From Candidatus Parcubacteria bacterium (GTDB lineage Bacteria > Patescibacteriota > Patescibacteriia > Patescibacteriales > BM507): a DNA stretch of 64,000 nucleotides. The DNA lies in assembly GCA_002869265.1 (NCBI GenBank), contig PKTH01000040.1, positions 69,120 to 133,119 on the forward strand, read 5' to 3'. The notes below the pieces were generated by a model. The model had not been told where the DNA came from, did no database searches, and saw nothing but the letters and a program-made list of their open reading frames with translations. The position numbers and the translations under genes were made by a program. Shown here one piece after another: positions 19,141-26,728 of the stretch (its first letter is position 1; each line of letters begins with the position of its first letter).

Positions 19141-19713
19141 ATGAAAAAAACAATTGGAGTAATGGGCAATCTTGGGAGCTTCTCTGAAGAAGCAGCACTA
19201 CATTATTGTCAAAAAAACAAAATTAAAGATTATGAATTTTCTTTCCTAGTGACTGCTGAACGCGTTTTGTCTGCTCTCTCTAAGGGAGAAGTAGACTTGG
19301 GAATCTTCCCGATAGAAAACTCAAATGGAGGGATTGTCTATGAATCAGTTTATGCTATGTCAAAAAACAATTTTGCCATTAAAGAATTTTTTGAGATTGA
19401 CGTTAAACACAACCTGTTAGTTAAACCAGGAACAAAGGTTTCTGAAATAAATACAATTTCCTCTCACCCCCAAGCCCTAAAACAATGTCGAATGTACCTA
19501 AAAAGACAATGGAGTGAGACAGAATTGCAAGAATATTCTGATACAGCCAGTGCCGCTAAGGACTTGGGTTCCGGAGTACTGCCTAAAACTACCGCCGTCA
19601 TTGCACCAAGAAAATCTGCAGAGATATATAAACTAGACATACTAGAAGAAGGGATTCAAGATCTAAAATTTAATTTTACTACTTTTATTGCTGCAACAAA
19701 AGATGAAGACTAA
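19141..19713 (+). CDS. pheA: Prephenate dehydratase (catalytic PDT domain only, no ACT domain)
   Basis: G.LGSFSEEAA, PIENSNGGIVYES and SHPQALKQC motifs. At 190 aa it ends where an ACT domain normally begins. Confidence 0.8.
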   Translation: MKKTIGVMGNLGSFSEEAALHYCQKNKIKDYEFSFLVTAERVLSALSKGEVDLGIFPIENSNGGIVYESVYAMSKNNFAIKEFFEIDVKHNLLVKPGTKVSEINTISSHPQALKQCRMYLKRQWSETELQEYSDTASAAKDLGSGVLPKTTAVIAPRKSAEIYKLDILEEGIQDLKFNFTTFIAATKDED

Positions 19714-20728
19714 GAAAAAATTTTTAATTATCGGTTTTGGACGTTTTGGAAAACTAAGTGCTAGTATTTTCAAAAAATATTTTGAAGTTCAAATTTTTGA
19801 TAATAATATCACCACCGAAAAAATAAAGGCCGCCAAAATTATTGGTGTAAATCTTATTAACCCTAAAGAGCTAAATAATGCTGATTTTATATTTCTTACA
19901 GTCCCCATTTCTAGAACTGAAGAGACTATTAAAAATATTTCAAACAAGTTAAAAGAAGGTTCTCTGGTTATGGATGCTTGTTCTGTTAAAACACTCCCTT
20001 GTAAATGGCTGAATAAATATCTTCCGAAAAATGTCCAAATACTTGGCACCCATCCTATGTTTGGACCAAACACAAGCCACTATAACCTAGAAAAACAATC
20101 CTGGGATCTCAAAAATATGCAAATTGTTCTTTGCCCCCAACGTGTAGAACCAAAGACTTATAAGCAAATTAAGGATGTTTTTATGGATCTAGGACTTAAA
20201 ATTATCGAAACAACACCAAGTAACCATGATAAGCAAAACGCTAGAACCTTAAGTTTTGTGCATTTTCTTGGACGTTCTTTATGGGATGCAGGCTTTAGAG
20301 AGCAAGAAATATATACCCCTGGCTACAAAGATATCCTTCGAATATTTGGACACACGACAAACGATGATTGGAGATTGTTTTTTGATATGAACAAATTCAA
20401 CCCCTACTCTACCGGAGTAAGAGAAAATTTTTTAAAGTCATGTTCAAAAATTGAAAACAGACTTTTGAAAAATGAATCTAAAGATGATTTTGACTATTTG
20501 AGAAGAAGAATAGTAAAAATAGATAAAAATATTTTCAGTCTTCTCAAAGAAAGATTTTCGATTGCAACAAAAATTGGAAAGATTAAAAAAAGAAAAGGGA
20601 TAAAGGTTCTTGATAAGTCTCGAGAAAAAACAATTATTGATAAAGCAATTAAAGAATCGAAGCTCTCCCCCAGTTTTATTAAAAAAATCTATAGGACTAT
20701 TTTAAATCAATCTTATAAACAACAATAA
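19688..20728 (+). CDS. tyrA: Prephenate dehydrogenase fused to C-terminal chorismate mutase (AroQ type)
   Basis: Rossmann IIGFGRFGK and GTHPMFGP motifs. The last ~85 aa (LRRRIVKIDKNIFSLLKERFSIATKIGKIKK...DKSREKTII) resemble helical chorismate mutase. The true start may be the ATG at 19703, which overlaps the pheA stop. Confidence 0.75.
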   Translation: MLQQKMKTKKKFLIIGFGRFGKLSASIFKKYFEVQIFDNNITTEKIKAAKIIGVNLINPKELNNADFIFLTVPISRTEETIKNISNKLKEGSLVMDACSVKTLPCKWLNKYLPKNVQILGTHPMFGPNTSHYNLEKQSWDLKNMQIVLCPQRVEPKTYKQIKDVFMDLGLKIIETTPSNHDKQNARTLSFVHFLGRSLWDAGFREQEIYTPGYKDILRIFGHTTNDDWRLFFDMNKFNPYSTGVRENFLKSCSKIENRLLKNESKDDFDYLRRRIVKIDKNIFSLLKERFSIATKIGKIKKRKGIKVLDKSREKTIIDKAIKESKLSPSFIKKIYRTILNQSYKQQ

Positions 20729-21823
20729 ATGTTATCCAAAAGAATTAAAAACATAAAAGAATCAGGCATACGAAAGATTTTTAATAAAGCCCAGGGGCTA
20801 AACGCCAAAGATATCGTAAATCTTTCTATTGGCCAACCGCATTTTCAAACCCCTCTCGGGCTAAAAAATGCCGCAATTAAAGCTATAAACTCAGACCATA
20901 ATGCCTATACACCTACAAGTGGCATTGAAGAGCTAAGAGAGTTAATATCAGAAAAGCTAAGACTGAAAAACAACATCCCTGCTGACAAGTCAGAAATTAT
21001 AGTTACTAGTGGAGCTTCTGGTTCTCTTTATCTTGCCTTTTCGGCAATTTTTGACAAAGGAGATGAAATCATTATTCCAGAACCATACTTTGTTTCATAT
21101 AAACAAATCGCTGACTTCCACGGCCTAAAAACTACTTATCTAAAAACTGGAGAAAATTTCAGAATATCACCGAAAGACCTAGAAAGATGCATTACAAAAA
21201 AAACCAAAGCCCTTATTCTAAACTCACCCAATAACCCAACTGGGGTAACATATTCTAGCAAAGAAATTATTGCTATTACCAAAATTGCCAAGAAACACAA
21301 TATTTTTATTATTAGTGACGAAATTTATGAAATTTTTGACTATGATAAAAAATTCTGCAGTGTCGCTAGTTACTATGATAAAACCATCACCATAAACGGT
21401 TTCTCCAAAAGCCACTCCATAACTGGTTGGCGAGTTGGCTATGTGCATGCTCCTAAGGAAATTATCGAAGCTATGTCCAATTTGCAGCAATATACATTTG
21501 TCTGTTCACCAGCGCCCATGCAAAAAGCTCTGCTTGATGGTTTTAATATTTCTCTAGAAAAGCAAGTCGCCTACTACAAAGAGAACAGAGATTATTTGTG
21601 GACAGAGTTAAAGGGTTGTCTCCAGTTTCCTAAACCTGAAGGAGCGTTTTATGCTTTTATTAAATCACCAAAACCAGATTTTATAAACTCCCTTATAACC
21701 AAGGGGCTTTTGGTTGTTCCGGGTGAGGTTTTCTCAAGCGACAACGAACACTTTAGAATTTCTTTCGCAGTGGATAGAAACACCCTAAAAAAGGGAATAA
21801 AAATCATAAAAGACAGCCTGTAA
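20729..21823 (+). CDS. Class I/II PLP aminotransferase (aspartate/aromatic type)
   Basis: NSPNNPTG and the PLP-lysine block NGFSKSHSITGWRVGY. Its ATG follows the tyrA stop directly. Confidence 0.85.
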   Translation: MLSKRIKNIKESGIRKIFNKAQGLNAKDIVNLSIGQPHFQTPLGLKNAAIKAINSDHNAYTPTSGIEELRELISEKLRLKNNIPADKSEIIVTSGASGSLYLAFSAIFDKGDEIIIPEPYFVSYKQIADFHGLKTTYLKTGENFRISPKDLERCITKKTKALILNSPNNPTGVTYSSKEIIAITKIAKKHNIFIISDEIYEIFDYDKKFCSVASYYDKTITINGFSKSHSITGWRVGYVHAPKEIIEAMSNLQQYTFVCSPAPMQKALLDGFNISLEKQVAYYKENRDYLWTELKGCLQFPKPEGAFYAFIKSPKPDFINSLITKGLLVVPGEVFSSDNEHFRISFAVDRNTLKKGIKIIKDSL

Positions 21824-21847
21824 AATTAAATATAATTATTTAAAAAA

Positions 21848-21874
21848 ATAAACCCTTTTGGGTTTATTTTTTTT
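21848..21874. terminator. Bidirectional rho-independent terminator
   Basis: ATAAACCC-TTTT-GGGTTTAT hairpin with an A-run 5' and a T-run 3'. Confidence 0.7.
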
Positions 21875-21893
21875 CGGAGTGCCGGGAATCGAA
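21874..21893 (-). other. Orphan tRNA 3'-end fragment (T-loop plus acceptor 3' strand), direct repeat of the tRNA-Pro 3' end
   Basis: TCGGAGTGCCGGGAATCGAA versus TCGGGGTGCCGGGAATCGAA at 22054..22073 (19/20). I could find no matching T-stem 5' strand or acceptor 5' strand upstream. Confidence 0.5.
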
Positions 21894-22053
21894 GGGATAA
21901 ACCCCAACACCCGAAGACGCTCAAACACCTATACAAATTCACGTTTTGGCTAATATAAATAATTATTTGCATCAAAACACTACCCTCTCCCATGTCCTCT
22001 AAGCAGCAAGCCGGAAATAAAAAACTTATGGCACTTGCCATAAATTTTCTATG

Positions 22054-22124
22054 TCGGGGTGCCGGGAATCGAACCTGGACTATACGCACCCCATGCGCAC
22101 GTACTACCACTATACTACACCCCG
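22054..22124 (-). tRNA. tRNA-Pro (anticodon GGG)
   Basis: Hand-folded cloverleaf. Acceptor CGGGGTG/CACCCCG with C1:G72 and A73 (a bacterial tRNA-Pro hallmark). Anticodon stem TGCGC/GCGTA with loop AT-GGG-GT. T-loop TTCGATT. No encoded CCA. Confidence 0.85.
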
Positions 22125-22421
22125 CAATAAATAAATAAAAAAACGCCCCACCAGGGATGCTAGTCAAGAATTGGTCTTATAAAATAATGGGAACTGACCC
22201 ATAAGGCTAGATTAGCAATAATTTTCGAAAAATCTGAATACAAACTTATCGAAAACTCAGCTATTTACCCCTATACCCTATTCTCTTCCCCACGGAGAAA
22301 AGAAAAACAGGTAACCAATTCATAAAGTTTTGATCCAAAACTTGAGTAGCTTGGTGAAGCATTTTCTGATAAGAATAAATTCTTATATTTACATAATAGC
22401 ATATATAAAATTAAAAATAAA

Positions 22422-23972
22422 TTATTTTGAAAAGCTGTCTTTTTTTAAGAAGCTATTATAAAAAACCAATATTAGTATCGTTAAATAATAAAGAATTATA
22501 AGAGACTGATTTACTACTTCTATCTCCATGCTCAATATATCAATCCCCGCAAAAAAATTAACAGCGTGAAGTAAAGAAAAAATAAGAAAGCTGAGTGGAG
22601 CAAAAATAAATTGGGAAAATATTGGGAAAATAAAAGTTAGGAAATATGACAAAATTGCTCCAACCAAAATAATCGGCAAAGACCATAATACTAGCACATT
22701 CATTAGTGGAAAAGAAAAAGAAACAATCCCAAAGTTATTTACAATGAGTGGGAATATAAAAATTTGAGCTGATATTGAAACTAGAAAAACATCTCTTATA
22801 TATTTTAATATTCTTTTTTCTGGAGTTTTTAAAAAGCTATCAAGTCTAGGATAAAAATATACAATTCCCAAAAGAGCCAAAAATGAATATATGAAGCCCG
22901 TATCATATCTAATGCTTAGGGGGTTTGCCAAAACCATAAAAAATCCTGCAATTATCACAGATTGTTTTATATTATTTATTCTTCCAATCTTAAAAAGATA
23001 CAAAATTATTAAGCCCATTAAGCTGGCCCTCAATGCTGATGCTGGAAAGCCAATTAATATATTATAGAAAAGCAAGCTGATACATATTTGATAAAATATA
23101 AGCTTTCTTGAAAAGCCCATAGTATAAAACATATACCCTAAAAGAAAAATAATAATTCCAATATGCATTCCGGAGATAGCAATTATATGACTTAGGCCTG
23201 TTTTTGAAAAATTTAGCTTTAAATCATCGCTAAGCATTTTCTTATCACCTGTCAACATTGCATTTATGATAGACGCCCCTGGCTCGCTAATATTATCATT
23301 TATGGTTTTTTTAAAATTATTTTTTAAAGAATATGCCGTTTCTAAAAACAGAAATCTTTATTTTTTCTGGTTATTATTTATTTCTGGATAATAACATAAG
23401 AAATTAATTTTTTTCATCTCTAGGTATTTATCATATCTAAAGTCTTCTATAGGCTCGGGTCTTTGTAACTCACACTCCGGGTTTATAAAATCACCGTATG
23501 AAAATTTTGGATAAAGTCGAGCAAAAACTAATACATTTTTCTTAATATCTTGCCCGTTAATTCGATAAGTCTCTATTATAAACTGTTGATTCTTTATTCC
23601 TGTTTCAGGATTGTTCAATATTCTGGCCTCAATGCTGTGTTTTGAGGCCTCTAGGATCCTAATATCAGCATTTGGGTCTGTGTCTATAAATACTACGAAA
23701 CGAAATATTCCCAAAAAGAAAAAAAGTATTATTAAAAAAACTAGTCTTATATAATAGTGTTTATAAAAAATAATAACAAATATGAAGCCAAGAAATACGC
23801 CTAAAATTATTCTGAATACTTCTCCAGCTAAAAATTCTTCGAAATAGCTAGCTAGCAATATTGCAAATACGAAGTCTAACAAGAGCAGGTAAAAAACCCT
23901 TGATCTTGTTTTAATAAGATTAGTTATTTTTTTTCTAAACAAATTATTATCTAACATAAAGTAAAAGAGCAA
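22422..23972 (-). pseudogene. comEC: ComEC/Rec2 DNA-uptake channel (DUF4131 + competence domain) interrupted by one in-frame TAA; no MBL domain
   Basis: ORF-track pieces 23358..23972 and 22422..23258 are in the same frame. The 99 nt between them have no other stop and read RFLFLETAYSLKNNFKKTINDNISEPGASIINA. The downstream piece carries SHIIAISGMHIG. The only break is TAA at 23358..23360. The likely true start is the ATG at 23957. Confidence 0.6.
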
Positions 23973-24000
23973 TCCTGTGGACTGCTCTTGTTAAACAATT

Positions 24001-24045
24001 TTAAGAGGGACTACCACGAACTGGGTAAATACGATTATTTTTCAT
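24001..24045 (-). CDS. Micro-ORF B (14 aa, MKNNRIYPVRGSPS), speculative
   Basis: ATG preceded by AAGGAG (24059..24054) with a 7-nt spacer. Followed by a hairpin (AAGAGCA...TGCTCTT) just before comEC. Confidence 0.25.
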   Translation of the reverse strand: MKNNRIYPVRGSPS

Positions 24046-24074
24046 CGTAAAACTCCTTGGGGATCGTCGCTTGA

Positions 24075-24185
24075 TTACAGGATGACCCGGGCGCCCTTGT
24101 CGCGCTTACCGGCATTCGCCTCGACATTTGCCATGACCTTGAAAGAATTCGGGGTGCCGCGAGCGGCCGCTGTAAGCATGTTCAT
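24075..24185 (-). CDS. Micro-ORF A (36 aa, MNMLTAAARGTPNSFKVMANVEANAGKRDKGARVIL) in a GC-rich islet, speculative
   Basis: ATG preceded by GAGGAG (24199..24194) with an 8-nt spacer. Third codon positions are mostly G/C, unlike neighbouring genes. Confidence 0.35.
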   Translation of the reverse strand: MNMLTAAARGTPNSFKVMANVEANAGKRDKGARVIL

Positions 24186-24225
24186 GGTAAAAACTCCTCT
24201 CTCTTCTATAAAAGAAGGAACAAGA

Positions 24226-24246
24226 CCCTCCTGACAACCAGGAAGG
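24226..24246 (-). terminator. Probable prfB terminator
   Basis: Minus-strand CCTTCCTG-GTTGT-CAGGAGGG hairpin followed by T-rich TCTTGTTCCTTCTTT. Confidence 0.5.
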
Positions 24247-24292
24247 TAATTATTAATATTATATTATAAATAGATTAATAATGCAATAAAAA

Positions 24293-25387
24293 CTATTCCT
24301 TTAGACTTCTTAAATAGCTTGTCATAAAGTCTTCTAAGTTGCCGTCTAAAACTCCATCAATGTCTTGAGTCTCTTCGTTTGTTCTATGATCTTTGACCAT
24401 CTTATAGGGCTGCATAACATAAGACCTAATCTGCTTACCCCATTCTGCTTTTTTTATATCGCCCCTCAATTCAGACTCTTCCTCAGCTCTCTCTTCTTCT
24501 CTTTTTTGTAACAGCTTAGCTTGCAAAACCTTCAAGGCTCTTTCTCTGTTCTGGTGCTGAGATCTTTCAGTTTGACAAGTAACTGTTATGTTGGTTGGTA
24601 TATGCACAATTCGAATAGCGGAGTCAGTTGTGTTAACACTCTGCCCTCCGGGCCCAGAAGACCTAAATACATCTATTCGCAAATCTGCCTCATTGATTTC
24701 TAGGTTTTCATCATCTGGTAGCTCGGGCAGCACTTCAACTAGTGCAAATGAGGTGTGTCTCATTGCTTCAGCATCGAATGGTGAAATCCTAACCAATCTA
24801 TGAACACCGGCTTCGCTTTTTAAATATGCGAATGACCAACGTCCTGAAATATGAATAGAGGAATTCTTTATTCCTGCTTCATTCCCCTCATTTCTATCGA
24901 TTATTTCAGCCTTCCACCCCATTTTATCTGCAAAGCGAAGATACATTCTTTCTAAGATTTGTGCCCAGTCCTGAGCATCAACGCCACCAGTCCCAGCATG
25001 AATAGTCACTATTGCATTATTTTTATCATACTTTCCAGAAAATAGAACATAAAATTCTAATTTTTCATATTTTGCCCTTAGTTCTTTGTATTTACTATTT
25101 ACTTCACGGTCCAAAGAACTATCTTCTTCTTTTTCAGCTACTGCAACCAGCTCTTCTAAATCACGAACCTCTTTTAAAACTGTTCGCCAATCAGAATTCT
25201 CTGAATCAAGATCTTCTATTCTTTTAGAAATTTCGATCGCCTTTTGCTGGTTATCCCAAAATTTTGGGGAACTAGCTAGATTACGAAGTTCTACCACCTC
25301 CGCCTCTTGTCTTTCAATATCAAGAAGCTTAATTGTCTTCATTATCTCCTCTCTAAGATCTTCGATTTTTTTAAGTAAATTTTCCAT
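24293..25387 (-). CDS. prfB: Peptide chain release factor 2 (contiguous ORF, no programmed frameshift)
   Basis: SPF tripeptide (VRISPFD) and GGQ (SSGPGGQSVNTTDSA). The 364-aa length is uninterrupted from MENLLKKIEDL. Confidence 0.92.
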   Translation of the reverse strand: MENLLKKIEDLREEIMKTIKLLDIERQEAEVVELRNLASSPKFWDNQQKAIEISKRIEDLDSENSDWRTVLKEVRDLEELVAVAEKEEDSSLDREVNSKYKELRAKYEKLEFYVLFSGKYDKNNAIVTIHAGTGGVDAQDWAQILERMYLRFADKMGWKAEIIDRNEGNEAGIKNSSIHISGRWSFAYLKSEAGVHRLVRISPFDAEAMRHTSFALVEVLPELPDDENLEINEADLRIDVFRSSGPGGQSVNTTDSAIRIVHIPTNITVTCQTERSQHQNRERALKVLQAKLLQKREEERAEEESELRGDIKKAEWGKQIRSYVMQPYKMVKDHRTNEETQDIDGVLDGNLEDFMTSYLRSLKE

Positions 25388-25439
25388 TATTTTAAAAAAA
25401 GTATTATTAAAATACTTTTTTATTATTTAAACATTAAAT

Positions 25440-25751
25440 TTATCGTATCATATCAAGCAATCCCGGAGTCAACGATTCTATGTTTGGGACATTATTCACG
25501 GTGGATCCGATATCTAGAATAGTTTTGTACTGCTCTAAAACTTGCTCTAGTATCGGTGGTAGGTAAATAAGTCCAATTATTATTGGTATAAGAAATATAA
25601 AGACCTTTAAAAAGCCAAAGACTTTTTGCCAAAAAATATATTTCTTTATATAAGTAATTGATTCATGAATTTCCTCTGTAAGCTCTACATTTCTTTTCAA
25701 TAAATCTTTAATTTCATCAGAGTAATTATCTGACTCTACATTGTTTGACAT
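25440..25751 (-). CDS. Small membrane protein, unknown function
   Basis: 103 aa with one strongly hydrophobic segment (VFGFLKVFIFLIPIIIGLIYLPPIL). Overlaps the nrdG 3' end by 26 nt. Confidence 0.45.
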   Translation of the reverse strand: MSNNVESDNYSDEIKDLLKRNVELTEEIHESITYIKKYIFWQKVFGFLKVFIFLIPIIIGLIYLPPILEQVLEQYKTILDIGSTVNNVPNIESLTPGLLDMIR

Positions 25752-26469
25752 ATTTTTTTGCTATTTGACACATCTCATCCATCTCCTTCTCAGTAAAAGA
25801 TGAAGCTCCTTCGAATGTGTCGTTAACTAATTTAGTGTCAGATTTAAATGGTTGTAAAAACCACTTCTCTGCCCCTTTAATTAATCCACCCATATCATTA
25901 ATAATTTCCTTGTCGTGAAGCTCGGGGACTAAGGTTGTTCTAAACTCATATGGAAGACCAGACTTCATAATAATATCAATGCTTTCTTTTATTTTATTCA
26001 TTTCTGGATCAATCCCCGTAACCAAATCATAGTTTTTTTCAGATCCCTTTATATCCATCGCAAGATAATCCAATAGTTTTTCTTCCAAGACATCTAAAAG
26101 CATCTTGGGGTTGGTTCCATTAGTATCCAACTTCACCTTAAAGCCTAGTTTTTTTATTTTTTTAATAAACTCCGGTAGATCGTAGTGCATTGTTGGCTCT
26201 CCGCCAGTAATGACAACTGCGTCTAATTTCCCTACTCTTTCTTTTAGAAAATCAAAAAGATTATCTTGACTTATTAGATAATCTTTCTGATCTCCCCCCA
26301 AAGGAGAGTTGTGGTCATATATTGACTCACTAGCACTGTTTTCAGGCCAGACAAGCATAGGGTTATAACAAAATTGGCATCTAAAATTACATCCTTTGGT
26401 AAATACGATAGCAGAAAGGTGTTCTGGGTAATCTATCAAGCTGAATTTTTCCAAGCCGCCAATTATCAT
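25726..26469 (-). CDS. nrdG: Anaerobic ribonucleoside-triphosphate reductase activating protein (radical SAM)
   Basis: CNFRCQFCYNP cluster motif, GGEP motif (ITGGEPT), and location next to nrdD. Confidence 0.88.
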   Translation of the reverse strand: MIIGGLEKFSLIDYPEHLSAIVFTKGCNFRCQFCYNPMLVWPENSASESIYDHNSPLGGDQKDYLISQDNLFDFLKERVGKLDAVVITGGEPTMHYDLPEFIKKIKKLGFKVKLDTNGTNPKMLLDVLEEKLLDYLAMDIKGSEKNYDLVTGIDPEMNKIKESIDIIMKSGLPYEFRTTLVPELHDKEIINDMGGLIKGAEKWFLQPFKSDTKLVNDTFEGASSFTEKEMDEMCQIAKKYVKQCRVR

Positions 26470-26503
26470 TTTTGTTTTGGTTTTTCTTATTTAAACTATA
26501 AAG

Positions 26504-26641
26504 CTACTTACTCATTTTGTATGTCTTTCTGTCTACATACTCCGCTTTCTTTCCTTTGTTCCAATTAGTGGTTGGCGTAATCCAGCCTACTACTCTTGAG
26601 TAAACTGTGCATTCTTGTCTTTGAGTTTGTTTAGGGGACAT
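26504..26641 (-). CDS. Stand-alone glycyl-radical C-terminal segment of class III RNR (45 aa)
   Basis: Below the ORF-track size cut-off. My translation is MSPKQTQRQECTVYSRVVGWITPTTNWNKGKKAEYVDRKTYKMSK. YSRVVG(W/Y)..P...WN.GK..E...R matches the conserved NrdD C-terminus carrying the radical glycine. Confidence 0.7.
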   Translation of the reverse strand: MSPKQTQRQECTVYSRVVGWITPTTNWNKGKKAEYVDRKTYKMSK

Positions 26642-26728
26642 AGTTTTTGTTTTTTTGTTGAAAAATTTATTTTAAATATATTCAACAAGCTCCTTATTAT
26701 TTATAATTATTTGAAAAATTAATATTTA

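Noticed and set aside
21875-22050. Possibility that the tRNA-like 3' end belongs to an intron-containing tRNA or a tmRNA
   Set aside because: I found no acceptor 5' strand complementary to CACTCCG within ~300 nt, and no T-stem 5' strand. The interval is far too short for a tmRNA and lacks an alanine-type acceptor.
21826-22167. 113-aa minus-strand ORF
   Set aside because: It spans the terminator hairpin, the tRNA relic and the whole tRNA-Pro gene, and its 'protein' is read through structured RNA. Spurious.
24060-24190. GC-rich segment as cloning-vector contamination (NotI, EcoRI, SmaI and NarI sites close together)
   Set aside because: The order and spacing of the sites do not match any polylinker I can recall, and the segment is embedded seamlessly between the prfB terminator and comEC. 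I kept it as a finding but did not call it contamination. Read-level checks are still advisable.
24060-24190. GC-rich segment as SRP/4.5S RNA or another known small RNA
   Set aside because: On either strand it lacks the conserved domain IV motif (GGAA tetraloop with AGCA/GGAAGCAGCC context). I found no convincing long-range helices by hand.
24293-25387. Programmed +1 frameshift site in prfB
   Set aside because: The RF2 ORF is contiguous from its ATG through SPF and GGQ, with no early in-frame TGA or CTT TGA slippery context. This organism uses the non-frameshifted form.
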